Virus record (IMG/VR): IMGVR_UViG_2925877141_000002
Origin: a virus
Taxonomy: Duplodnaviria > Heunggongvirae > Uroviricota > Caudoviricetes
Reading direction: 5' to 3' (one strand)
DNA length: 33,848 nucleotides
The notes beneath the pieces were generated by a model that ran no database searches, was not told where the DNA came from, and worked only from the letters and a program-made list of their open reading frames with translations. This document shows positions 8,526 through 17,701 of the stretch, in pieces (positions within the stretch are counted from its first letter, which is position 1; every line of letters begins with the position of its first letter). The translations under genes were made by a program, and so were the position numbers.

Positions 8526-9471
8526 ACGCCCACTGGTTATAAACACACAGCTTGCGATGAAGATTGGCTTAAATGAAGCCATTGTGTTGCAGCAGTTGCA
8601 TTACTGGTTGAGAGATACCAATTCCGGCATGGAATGTGATGGTGTTCGCTGGATTTACAACACAACGGAACAATGGCTGGAACAGTTCCCATTCTGGTCA
8701 GAGTCAACGTTAAAGCGCGCGTTTGCAAGTCTGAAAACGCTGGGGCTTTTGCGTTGTGAAAAGCTCAATAAATCAAAGCGCGATATGACCAATTTCTACA
8801 CGATCAACTATGGGAGCGAGCTTTTAGATGGTGGCAAATTGAACGAATCCATCGGTTCAAAATGCGCCGCTCCATCAGGTCAAAATGACACGATGGAAGA
8901 GGTCAAAATGAAACGCTCCATTGGTTCAAAACGACCCAATGTCATCGGGTCAAAATGGCCTGATGATCTTACAGAGAATACAACAGAGATTACTACAGAG
9001 AATAAAAACACTTTTCGTCCGGAAGCTTCGCAACCGGACCCGCAGACCGCTGAACAGGATTTTTTAATCCGGAACCCCGACGCGGTTGTGTTTAGTGCGA
9101 AAAAACGCCAGTGGGGTAGCAGGGAGGATTTGGCGTGTGCGCAGTGGATTTGGGGGCGGATCGTGAACCTTTACGAACAGGCTGCCAGCGACGATGGAGA
9201 GATCATGCGACCAAAAGAGCCTAACTGGACAGCCTGGGCCAATGACGTGCGCACAATGCGGATGCTGGATGGCAGAAGCCACAGACAAATTTGCGAAATG
9301 TTTGGTCGGGTACAGCGAGATCCATTCTGGGTAAAAAACATCATGAGCCCGTCAAAACTCCGCGAAAAATGGGACGAACTGGTCATCCGCTTGGGACGTT
9401 CACCTGTACAGCGTTGTGTGAATCATATTTCTGAACCGGATACAGAAATTCCGCCTGGTTTCAGGGGATAA
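8506..9471 (+). CDS. Phage replication initiator (O-like), contains internal iteron array
   Basis: 321 aa from ATG 8506; N-terminal winged-helix-like region; five direct repeats inside the gene encode the repeated peptide SIGSK. Confidence 0.6.
   Translation: MSLLFAERPLVINTQLAMKIGLNEAIVLQQLHYWLRDTNSGMECDGVRWIYNTTEQWLEQFPFWSESTLKRAFASLKTLGLLRCEKLNKSKRDMTNFYTINYGSELLDGGKLNESIGSKCAAPSGQNDTMEEVKMKRSIGSKRPNVIGSKWPDDLTENTTEITTENKNTFRPEASQPDPQTAEQDFLIRNPDAVVFSAKKRQWGSREDLACAQWIWGRIVNLYEQAASDDGEIMRPKEPNWTAWANDVRTMRMLDGRSHRQICEMFGRVQRDPFWVKNIMSPSKLREKWDELVIRLGRSPVQRCVNHISEPDTEIPPGFRG
8848..8958. repeat. Five direct iterons (core GGT(T)CAAAA(T/C)G) at 23-24 bp spacing followed by A+T-rich ACAGAGA repeats: candidate origin of replication
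   Basis: Cores at 8855, 8878, 8901, 8924, 8948; ori-within-initiator layout as in lambda O. Confidence 0.6.
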
Positions 9472-9511
9472 GTGTTGATTTCAGGTCATGAGGTAATTTT
9501 AAGGAGGACTT

Positions 9512-9934
9512 GTGGCAAAAGTTTTTACACAGGAAGAGCGGGAAAAAATTAAAGAGCAGGTGGTCGAACTTGTGCGCCAGAGCGGTCGCGAGACATTACG
9601 ACAGTTGGAAGCTAAAACAGGTGCGACAAGATATCTGATGAGCATTCTTGCCAGAGAGCTGGTTGCCAGTGGTTATGTATACAACTCCGGCTACGGGTTA
9701 TTCCCGTCTGAACAGGCACGAAAGGACTGGCAAAATGCCCGCAAAAAACTCTCTAGGGCGAAGGTGAAGAAACCCGCTGTGGTTGATCCGGACCTTATCT
9801 GGTCACTACCTGATGGAGAAATACGTCGCTACGACAGTCGTCTAAACATAATCTGTCGCGAGTGCCGGAAGAGTGAAGCTATGCAGCGTGTACTGGCTTT
9901 CTATCAGGGTAATTTTCAGGAGGCGGTACTGTGA
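9512..9934 (+). CDS. Hypothetical early-region protein
   Basis: 140-aa ORF, GTG start with AAGGAGG RBS 4 nt upstream; no recognisable helicase-loader motifs. Confidence 0.5.
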   Translation: MAKVFTQEEREKIKEQVVELVRQSGRETLRQLEAKTGATRYLMSILARELVASGYVYNSGYGLFPSEQARKDWQNARKKLSRAKVKKPAVVDPDLIWSLPDGEIRRYDSRLNIICRECRKSEAMQRVLAFYQGNFQEAVL

Positions 9935-10171
9935 GTGAAATTAGCTATCAGGCTTCAATTACCGCTGGCATTCGCATCAAAGGAGAGGAGCATGGAAATA
10001 AAACCAGAGGATTAGTTAAGCAATATCGTTTTATTTCCGATAAAAGAGGATGACCCTCGTAATCAGGTTAATTTTCTTTATGAGCCATCGGAAAGACCAT
10101 ATTGCCATCACGCTTCTGTCCGGGTTGACGAAAAAGAGCGTCAGGTCCGCTGTAAAATCTGAGGTGCAGTT

Positions 10172-10348
10172 GTGGAGCCATTTGACTGGATGCTCTCTGT
10201 GGCGAAAAGAGAAACCAGACTGGCAGATGATGTAAGGCTCTTGCGCCAGGAGGAACGGGAAAGACGAAAAAATATAGAAAAGCTAATTCAGATTGAGCGT
10301 AACGGGAAAGCGCGGATACGCAGGGTGACAAAATCCAGAACTGAATAA
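10172..10348 (+). CDS. Hypothetical small charged protein
   Basis: 58 codons from GTG with GAGGTG RBS; overlaps a 61-aa ORF in another frame, so uncertain. Confidence 0.3.
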   Translation: MEPFDWMLSVAKRETRLADDVRLLRQEERERRKNIEKLIQIERNGKARIRRVTKSRTE

Positions 10349-10418
10349 TTAAATTTAGCACTGTTAAAAATTTAATCCTTAACCGGAGGGATTTCTGCAC
10401 CCTCAGAACATCAGGAGG

Positions 10419-10434
10419 CCGCCCGAAAGGGCGG
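10419..10434 (+). promoter_or_regulatory. GC hairpin (CCGCCC-GAAA-GGGCGG) between SD AGGAGG (10413-10418) and ATG 10442
   Basis: Perfect 6-bp stem with GAAA loop; unfolded spacing is 23 nt, folded about 6 nt. Confidence 0.4.
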
Positions 10435-10441
10435 TAGTTAA

Positions 10442-10579
10442 ATGCGAAAGTTTAAAATAATTATTGAAACGGGAATAGCCGGTGGAGATTTCGAGGATGA
10501 ATTCGAAGTGGATAATGATGCGACGCCTGATGAAATACATGACGAAGCAAAAGATATTTTCTTTAACTACTGCAATTAA
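10442..10579 (+). CDS. Small acidic protein, 45 aa
   Basis: MRKFKIIIETGIAGGDFEDEFEVDNDATPDEIHDEAKDIFFNYCN; D/E-rich. Confidence 0.4.
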   Translation: MRKFKIIIETGIAGGDFEDEFEVDNDATPDEIHDEAKDIFFNYCN

Positions 10580-10616
10580 TCATATCACGAAATAAAAGAC
10601 GAAGAGGAAGAACAAA

Positions 10617-10793
10617 ATGGCTGATTTTGGTTCAACTAAATACAACGTCGGTTTTGAAGAATGGCATGAACTGTTAATGGACTATGCAGAGTTACGTGGT
10701 GGCAGTGCTGCTGATGCTGAAGCATGGCGTGATGATTATGAAGCAGGAAAAACTCCGGTCGAAGCATATTGTGATGAGTGGGGCGATGAATGA
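10617..10793 (+). CDS. Small acidic protein, 58 aa
   Basis: MADFGSTKYNVGFEEWHELLMDYAELRGGSAADAEAWRDDYEAGKTPVEAYCDEWGDE; GAGGAAG RBS 6 nt upstream; 17 D/E against 5 K/R/H. Confidence 0.45.
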   Translation: MADFGSTKYNVGFEEWHELLMDYAELRGGSAADAEAWRDDYEAGKTPVEAYCDEWGDE

Positions 10794-11275
10794 GCGAGGT
10801 TAATTATCAGGAAGGGCATGAAACGGCGGGGCAAGCAAAAACAGTGGCATGGCGATATCGCTACGTGAAAAAAAGGCGTTACGGACTTTCAGGGGAAGTA
10901 GTGATCTGGTGACTGGAAATATGTACCGAAAAAAGAGGATTGTAACGATAGGCCGAACTATGAAATTCAGGCCTTATTCACTGCCCCGCCAGTCCCGGTT
11001 ACATCAGAAGAACTGGTTAAAGCTGTGCACTTTTATGAACAACTAAAACGCGAAAATCCACCAGCATCCGGAAACCTGATTACAGGTTCCCAGATAAGGC
11101 AATGAGCTACCTGGCGCAGAACGGGCTGATAAGTATGGGGAATGTTTTACGATGAATATTTAGACTAAAGAGTTTGTAACGCTATGTAAGTGATTTTTTC
11201 TGGTTTAGATATTTATATGTCCGGCTAAATTGAGGTGTGTTTAAATGTTATTGCACATTGATTGTAGGGGGAATA

Positions 11276-11455
11276 ATGAAAAACGCATTGCAGTTTTTGT
11301 TTGTTGCGTTCTGGTTGTTCGCATCATGTATGCCCATCATCTTCACAGCAAGGTATATGGAAAAAGTTGATGTTTTGATATTAATATTTGGATATATAAA
11401 TGCCCTTTTTTTAGGGGTGTTCATGGCGGTCATGTGCATTGAATACTGGCGGTAA
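11276..11455 (+). CDS. Small hydrophobic membrane protein
   Basis: 59 aa MKNALQFLFVAFWLFASCMPIIF...; GGGGGA RBS; A+T-rich context. Confidence 0.4.
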   Translation: MKNALQFLFVAFWLFASCMPIIFTARYMEKVDVLILIFGYINALFLGVFMAVMCIEYWR

Positions 11456-11712
11456 ATACAGCGAACTCCATTGGTTTAGTTGGATATTTACTGTGCTGGA
11501 CAAAACGGTTTGCGGGGAAATCTTAGTTAAGTAGAATGACTGCGGGTGCTTGAGGCTATCTGCCTCGGGCACGAACACCAACGGCAGGTAGAGAAAAGCC
11601 CCAGTTAACATTACGCGTCCTGCAAGACGCTTAACATTAATCTGAGGCCAATTTCATGCTAGACACATGTAGGTTAGCCTCTTACGTGCCGAAAGGCAAG
11701 GAGAAGCAGGCT

Positions 11713-11868
11713 ATGAAGCAGCAAAAGGCGATGTTAATCGCCCTGATCGTCATCTGTTTAACCGTCATAGTGACGGCACTGGTAACGAGGAAAGACCTCT
11801 GCGAGGTACGAATCCGAACCGGCCAGACGGAGGTCGCTGTCTTCACAGCTTACGAACCTGAGGAGTAA
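11713..11868 (+). CDS. hokD: Hok-family type I toxin (HokD/RelF-like)
   Basis: 51 aa MKQQKAMLIALIVICLTVIVTALVTRKDLCEVRIRTGQTEVAVFTAYEPEE; AAGGAGAAG RBS; same frame is open upstream to 11656; terminator downstream. Confidence 0.85.
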   Translation: MKQQKAMLIALIVICLTVIVTALVTRKDLCEVRIRTGQTEVAVFTAYEPEE

Positions 11869-11938
11869 GAGACCCGGCGAGGGAGAAATCCCTCGCCACC
11901 TCTGATGTGGCAGGCATCCTCAACGCACCCGCACTTAA

Positions 11939-11957
11939 CCCGCTTCGGCGGGTTTTT
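11939..11957 (+). terminator. Rho-independent terminator after hok
   Basis: CCCGC-TTCG-GCGGG followed by TTTTTGTTTTT. Confidence 0.7.
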
Positions 11958-12084
11958 GTTTTTATTTTCAACGCGTTTGAAGTTCTGGACGGTGCCGGAA
12001 TAGAATCAAAAATACTTAAGTAGCGCGCAGGGATAAGAGGGATGGTCCCTTAAAGGGGAGAGCTAATTATCCGGAAGGATTCTG

Positions 12085-12336
12085 ATGATGAACATCGAAG
12101 AACTGCGTAAAATTTTTTGTGAAGATGGCCTCTATGCTGTGTGCGTTGAAAATGGAAATCTTGTTAGTCATTACCGCATTATGTGTTTGCGAAAGAATGG
12201 GGCTGCGTTAATTAATTTTGTGGATGGTCGAGTGACAGACGGATTTATCTTGCGCGAAGGTGAGTTTGTCACTTCATTACAGGCACTGAAAGAGATCGGA
12301 ATAAAAGCAGGCTTTTCAGCTTTTGCAGAAGAATAA
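12085..12336 (+). CDS. rem: Rem-like protein
   Basis: 83 aa MMNIEELRKIFCEDGLYAVCVENGNLVSHYRIMCLRKNGAAL...; GGAAGGA RBS; position after hok as in Qin. Confidence 0.6.
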   Translation: MMNIEELRKIFCEDGLYAVCVENGNLVSHYRIMCLRKNGAALINFVDGRVTDGFILREGEFVTSLQALKEIGIKAGFSAFAEE

Positions 12337-12402
12337 ACTCATCTACAATCTTGCGCGGGGCTGAACTCCCGCTGAGTAACACCGTGCCACCGGAGAAAAC
12401 CG

Positions 12403-12681
12403 ATGGCACGCAACGTAAAATATTACAATTCTGATAATTCGCCCGTTCTTGCCTGCACGCACGAGCGGTATTCTCACGCATTCAAGTCTGAATGGTTCCA
12501 GCACCCTCCATGCACTGAAGAGCAGGCTGAATGGATAATTCAGTGTTACCGCAGGCGCGGATACGAGGTTAAGAAAGCTCTTAGTCTCGACTACCGTCAC
12601 TGGATAATCTCAGTCAGATTGCCTTACTCCGAACGCCCACCGCGTCCGTCCCGTACATTCCAGCAACGCATCTGGAGGTAA
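12403..12681 (+). CDS. Hypothetical protein
   Basis: 92-aa ORF with GGAGAAAA RBS; stop abuts the DUF968 gene start. Confidence 0.5.
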   Translation: MARNVKYYNSDNSPVLACTHERYSHAFKSEWFQHPPCTEEQAEWIIQCYRRRGYEVKKALSLDYRHWIISVRLPYSERPPRPSRTFQQRIWR

Positions 12682-12682
12682 C

Positions 12683-13732
12683 GTGCGGGTATTACTTCGA
12701 CCTGTTCTGGTACCGGAACTCGGGCTGGTGGTCGTTAAGCCGGGCCGTGAATCCATGCCGGTATTCCACAATACCCGGGTACTGGTGGAGCCGGAACCGA
12801 AAAGCATGCGTAATCTGCCGTCCGGGGTCGTTCCTGCCGTTCGCCAGCCGCTGGTGGAAGACAAAACATTGCTGCCGTTTTTCAGTAACGCACGGGTAAT
12901 TCGTGCTGCTGGTGGTGCTGGTGCATTGTCTGACTGGCTGTTGCGCCATATTAAATCCTGCCAGTGGCCACACGGCGATTATCATCACAGCGAAACCGTT
13001 ATTCACCGTTATGGTACCGGCGCAATGGTGTTGTGCTGGCACTGCGACAACCAGCTGCGTGACCAGACATCCGAATCACTCGAGCAACTTGCTCATCAAA
13101 ACCTGTCAGCATGGATGATTGACGTCATCGGTCACGCAATAAGCGGTACGCAGGAGCGTGAATTATCTCTGGCTGAATTATCCTGGTGGGCGGTCCGCAA
13201 TCAGGTGGCGGACGCGCTACCGGAAGTGGTATTACGTCGCTCGCTGGGATTACCAGCGGAAAAAAACTGCTCGGTGTACCGCGAAAGCGACATCGTACCG
13301 GGAGAGCAGACCGCCACCAGCATATTGAAACAGCGCACAAAAAATCTTGCACCGTTGCCTCACGCCCACCAGCAACAAAACCCATCACAGGAAAAGACGG
13401 TGGTAAGCATCACCGTTGATCCAGAGTCTCCGGAATCTTTCATGAAGCTGCCTAAACGTCACCGTTGGGTTAAGGAGAAATACACACGCTGGGTTAAGAC
13501 ACAGCCGTGTGCTTGCTGCGGTATGCCAGCCGACGATCCGCATCATCTGATTGGTCACGGGCAGGGCGGAATGGGAACCAAAGCACATGATCTCTTTGTG
13601 TTGCCTTTGTGCAGAAAGCATCACGACGAGTTGCATACGGATACCGTGGCATTTGAAGAGAAGTATGGCTCCCAACTGGAGCTGATTTTTCGATTTATCG
13701 ATCGCGCGCTGGCAATTGGTGTGCTGGCCTAA
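12683..13732 (+). CDS. ydfU: DUF968 protein (YdfU-like) with C-terminal HNH-like Cys/His cluster, in the NinG/Rap position
   Basis: 349 aa; C-terminus [43 protein letters not shown]; directly upstream of Q. Confidence 0.7.
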   Translation: MRVLLRPVLVPELGLVVVKPGRESMPVFHNTRVLVEPEPKSMRNLPSGVVPAVRQPLVEDKTLLPFFSNARVIRAAGGAGALSDWLLRHIKSCQWPHGDYHHSETVIHRYGTGAMVLCWHCDNQLRDQTSESLEQLAHQNLSAWMIDVIGHAISGTQERELSLAELSWWAVRNQVADALPEVVLRRSLGLPAEKNCSVYRESDIVPGEQTATSILKQRTKNLAPLPHAHQQQNPSQEKTVVSITVDPESPESFMKLPKRHRWVKEKYTRWVKTQPCACCGMPADDPHHLIGHGQGGMGTKAHDLFVLPLCRKHHDELHTDTVAFEEKYGSQLELIFRFIDRALAIGVLA

Positions 13733-13749
13733 TTTTGTGGAGTAAGTTG

Positions 13750-14127
13750 ATGCGTGATATTCAGATGGTTCTTGAGCGTTGGGGGGCATGGGCGGCTAAT
13801 AATCATGAAGATGTGACCTGGTCGTCCATTGCCGCCGGTTTTAAGGGATTAATTCCTTCAAAAGTAAGATCTCGTCCGCAATGCTGTGACGATGACGCGA
13901 TGATCATTTGTGAATGTATGGCTCGCCTGAAAAAAAACAACAGCGATTTACATGATTTATTGGTGGACTATTATGTCGGCGGCATGACTTTTATGGCGCT
14001 TGCACGTAAGCATGGGCGATCTGATTGTTGGGTTGGCAGGATGCTCCAGAAAGCTGAGGGCGTAGTGGAGGGCATGCTGATGGTGTTGGATCTCCGATTG
14101 GAGATGGATGCTGATTGTTCGAAATAA
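13750..14127 (+). CDS. Late-gene antiterminator Q (QuuD-like family)
   Basis: [76 protein letters not shown]...; resembles DLP12 QuuD as recalled. Confidence 0.8.
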   Translation: MRDIQMVLERWGAWAANNHEDVTWSSIAAGFKGLIPSKVRSRPQCCDDDAMIICECMARLKKNNSDLHDLLVDYYVGGMTFMALARKHGRSDCWVGRMLQKAEGVVEGMLMVLDLRLEMDADCSK

Positions 14128-14139
14128 TTAAAGGAAAAG

Positions 14140-14168
14140 TTGCTGTCTGATTTTCATTAGTCTAACAT
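14140..14168 (+). promoter_or_regulatory. Candidate late promoter PR' (TTGCTG-17-TAACAT) just downstream of Q
   Basis: Sigma70-like hexamers with 17-bp spacing, about 60-85 bp upstream of tR'-like terminator. Confidence 0.3.
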
Positions 14169-14226
14169 TTTAAATGTTGGAATCGCAACGTAGTTATTAT
14201 CATATAACAGCTTGTTTCCTGATTTA

Positions 14227-14254
14227 GCCAGCCTCCCCAAAGGCTGGTTTTTTT
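14227..14254 (+). terminator. Intrinsic terminator (tR'-like) downstream of Q
   Basis: GCCAGCC-TCCCCAAA-GGCTGG stem followed by TTTTTTT. Confidence 0.7.
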
Positions 14255-14282
14255 CTAATAAGTATCATTTCGGGTGGGGATT

Positions 14283-14807
14283 TTATTGTTTAACCCATAA
14301 TAGTTCATTGACATTGAATCCCAACTTTTGAGCGGTACGCACATAGTCTGCTTTTACATTATCTGGAATAGTTTGGGTCCTTGCCAGAATCCATAGGTAT
14401 TCTCTGTTCGGACCACTGACAAGAGCATACTTATACTCATCATCCAGCTTGATTACATTATAGCCACCATAGAAGGGGCCAAAAAACGAAACTTTCAACG
14501 CTGCAGTTTTAGTATCTCCAGTAAAGTATGCTTTACCTTCGCTCTCGCTCCATTTGTTTTTCGTTGGATCGTATCCACGGTTAAGTACGCGAATCCCTCC
14601 GTCGTTCCGTTTTTCATAAGTAGCGCTGACCTGTTCCAGACCACGTTCGAACCAGTTCTCGAGGCGAGCTATTTCATACCATTTTCCGAGGTAGCGGTTG
14701 GCGTCAAAATTTGTAATCGGCTGCACACCTTTAGGTGGTGTCGGGGCCTTACATGCTATAAGAGTGAAAGAGAGTGCAATGCCAGTCAACACAGGCCATA
14801 ACTTCAT
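14283..14807 (-). CDS. Outer-membrane lipocalin lipoprotein (Blc-like); prophage cargo
   Basis: 174 aa with lipoprotein signal (...LIAC), lipocalin motifs GKWYEIAR, FFGPFYGGYNVI; resembles chromosomal Blc as recalled. Confidence 0.85.
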   Translation of the reverse strand: MKLWPVLTGIALSFTLIACKAPTPPKGVQPITNFDANRYLGKWYEIARLENWFERGLEQVSATYEKRNDGGIRVLNRGYDPTKNKWSESEGKAYFTGDTKTAALKVSFFGPFYGGYNVIKLDDEYKYALVSGPNREYLWILARTQTIPDNVKADYVRTAQKLGFNVNELLWVKQ

Positions 14808-14999
14808 AATAAATCCTGTACTTTTGATAGTTGAGAGTAAGTATGAAAGATAGATGAGTACGACCGATCACTTAAAGAACTTTCCTACTATATTAGGAAT
14901 AGTCAATAACAGAAAAATTGTCAGTGATGAAGCCAGAAAGGCAATTTAGTCCGTGCACTACAAAGTTTATGTGTTAATGAATTAGTCAAGGGGGAGGAA

Positions 15000-15959
15000 A
15001 TGATAAAAAAACCTGTGATTGGGATCAGCGGTTGTTTGGGCGGTTCTGCTGTTCGTTTTGATGGTGGTCACAAAAGAGATGACTTTTTAATGGACAAATT
15101 AGTGGAATGGGTAACATTCAGACCAGTATGTCCGGAAATGGCTATAGGGCTGCCAGTTCCGCGTCCTGCTCTACGACTTGTGCGCTCGAAGCAAGGAAAT
15201 ATACGGATGTGTTTCAGCCACGACCAGAATGAGGATGTGACAGAGAGAATGACAGAGTTTAGTCGTTCTTATATGGACAAATTAAAGGATGTATCGGGGT
15301 TTGTGGTTTGTGCTAAATCTCCCAGCTGTGGCATGGAGCGCGTGCGTGTCTATGATGAAAATGGTAATCGAGGTCGTAAAGATGGAGTGGGACTATTTAC
15401 GAGCACTTTGATGGAAAAGTTTTCCTGGCTACCGGTTGAAGAGGATGGGCGATTACATGATCCAGTGCTTCGTGAGAATTTTATTGAAAGAGTTTTTGCT
15501 TTGCATGAGCTCAATCACCTTTACAAGGAGAAATTATCAAGAAGAGAGTTATTAGCTTTTCATAGTCGTTATAAGCTTCAGTTGTTGGCGCATAGCCAGG
15601 CAGGCTATAAAGATATGGGACCATTTGTGGCTGCAATACACGAGTGGGCGGACCTTGAATCATACTTTGAGGTGTATCGTGATAATCTGATGGCGATTCT
15701 CAGAAAACCAGCATCACGTAAAAATCACACGAATGTGCTGATGCATATACAGGGGTATTTTAGTAATTACTTAAGTACACGCCAGCGTAAAGAGTTGAGC
15801 GAGGTTATACTTAACTATCGCTTTGGCACATTGCCTCTTCTTGCGCCGTTGACTCTGCTGAAGCATTATCTGGGTGAGTATCCTAATGATTACTTGCTTA
15901 CACAGAATTACTTCGATCCCTATCCGGAAGAACTGGCTCTAAGACTGATGGTGAATTAA
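15000..15959 (+). CDS. DUF523-DUF1722 fusion protein (TudS-like Cys-rich N-domain plus YbgA-like C-domain)
   Basis: 319 aa; N-terminus [12 protein letters not shown]...; strong GGGGGAGG RBS. Confidence 0.65.
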
Positions 15960-16166
15960 CTGTATGCGATATCATCTGAAAGTGATGAGTTCCTGTATGC
16001 AGGATATTTACAATCGTAAAAACTACGCTATGATGCTCATAGTGTCAGTTTTTATAAAAATCCTGTTCACGCTAATAGACTGGCCCCCTGAATCTCCAGA
16101 CAACCAATATCACTTAAATAAGTGATAGTCTTAATACTAGTTTTTAGACTAGTCATTGGAGAACAG

Positions 16167-16532
16167 ATGATTGATGTCTTAGGGCCGGAGAAACGCAGAC
16201 GGCGTACCACACAGGAAAAGATCGCAATTGTTCAGCAGAGCTTTGAACCGGGGATGACGGTCTCCCTCGTTGCCCGGCAACATGGTGTAGCAGCCAGCCA
16301 GTTATTTCTCTGGCGTAAGCAATACCAGGAAGGAAGTCTTACTGCTGTCGCCGCCGGAGAACAGGTTGTTCCTGCCTCTGAACTTGCTGCCGCCATGAAG
16401 CAGATTAAAGAACTCCAGCGCCTGCTCGGCAAGAAAACGATGGAAAATGAACTCCTCAAAGAAGCCGTTGAATATGGACGGGCAAAAAAGTGGATAGCGC
16501 ACGCGCCCTTATTGCCCGGGGATGGGGAGTAA
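16167..16532 (+). CDS. insC: IS2 OrfA (InsC)
   Basis: 121 aa [56 protein letters not shown]... Confidence 0.85.
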
Positions 16533-17395
16533 GCTTAGTCAGCCGTTGTCTCCGGGTGTCGCGTGCGCAGTTGCACGTCATTCTCAGACGAACCGATGAC
16601 TGGATGGATGGCCGCCGCAGTCGTCACACTGATGATACGGATGTGCTTCTCCGTATACACCATGTTATCGGAGAGCTGCCCACGTATGGTTATCGTCGGG
16701 TATGGGCGCTGCTTCGCAGACAGGCAGAACTTGATGGTATGCCTGCGATCAATGCCAAACGTGTTTACCGGATCATGCGCCAGAATGCGCTGTTGCTTGA
16801 GCGAAAACCTGCTGTACCGCCATCGAAACGGGCACATACAGGCAGAGTGGCCGTGAAAGAAAGCAATCAGCGATGGTGCTCTGACGGGTTCGAGTTCTGC
16901 TGTGATAACGGAGAGAGACTGCGTGTCACGTTCGCGCTGGACTGCTGTGATCGTGAGGCACTGCACTGGGCGGTCACTACCGGCGGCTTCAACAGTGAAA
17001 CAGTACAGGACGTCATGCTGGGAGCGGTGGAACGCCGCTTCGGCAACGATCTTCCGTCGTCTCCAGTGGAGTGGCTGACGGATAATGGTTCATGCTACCG
17101 GGCTAATGAAACACGCCAGTTCGCCCGGATGTTGGGACTTGAACCGAAGAACACGGCGGTGCGGAGTCCGGAGAGTAACGGAATAGCAGAGAGCTTCGTG
17201 AAAACGATAAAGCGTGACTACATCAGTATCATGCCCAAACCAGACGGGTTAACGGCAGCAAAGAACCTTGCAGAGGCGTTCGAGCATTATAACGAATGGC
17301 ATCCGCATAGTGCGCTGGGTTATCGCTCGCCACGGGAATATCTGCGGCAGCGGGCTTGTAATGGGTTAAGTGATAACAGATGTCTGGAAATATAG
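16490..17395 (+). CDS. insD: IS2 OrfB (InsD), normally expressed as OrfAB by -1 frameshift
   Basis: 301 aa starting [22 protein letters not shown] (GTG immediately after A6G). Confidence 0.85.
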
Positions 17396-17701
17396 GGGCA
17401 AATCCAGCTAAAGAAAACATTGAGATGCAATTTAATGTTGGTAAACATACCAGCCCCAAACGATTTTATTCAATCTGTTTTTATATGAAGATATTTCAAG
17501 TGAATATTGAGAGTATATAATATTATTATTGCACGCAGCTATTATAATATAACAGATTAGTTTAATGATTTGTTTTTTGTGAGTTAAACACATGGTTTTA
17601 TAGTTGTGATGCAATGAGATTTTCCTTATTGTTGAACTGGCGAATATTGATTTTCCACCTATACTTACCTGGTGTAACCCCAATGATATCAGGTGGATAA
17701 T

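Larger units (their letters stand above)
16076..17406 (+). mobile_element. IS2 (IS3 family), copy B, 1331 bp, canonical; TSD GCTAA (16071-16075 and 17407-17411)
   Basis: Same termini as copy A; InsC 121 aa and InsD 301 aa with A6G slippery site intact. Confidence 0.95.

Noticed and set aside
10068-10400. 110-aa minus-strand ORF in the early small-gene region
   Set aside because: No RBS, opposite to the transcription direction of the flanking early genes, and overlaps plus-strand ORFs that have RBSs.
10790-11046. Small overlapping ORFs (40 aa at 10790..10912; 65 aa at 10849..11046; a protein-like frame ending at 11105 that lacks any start codon)
   Set aside because: Mutually overlapping in different frames; the most protein-like frame has no ATG/GTG/TTG, so none could be supported as a gene.
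14283-14807. Considered whether the Blc-like gene marks host chromosome, i.e. a prophage boundary
   Set aside because: It is flanked on both sides by phage genes (Q on the left, lysis genes on the right), so it is cargo within the prophage.
17432-17683. 83-aa minus-strand ORF upstream of the AraC gene
   Set aside because: Lies in a very A+T-rich promoter-like region (Ile/Asn/Tyr/Lys-rich translation), more likely regulatory DNA than coding.
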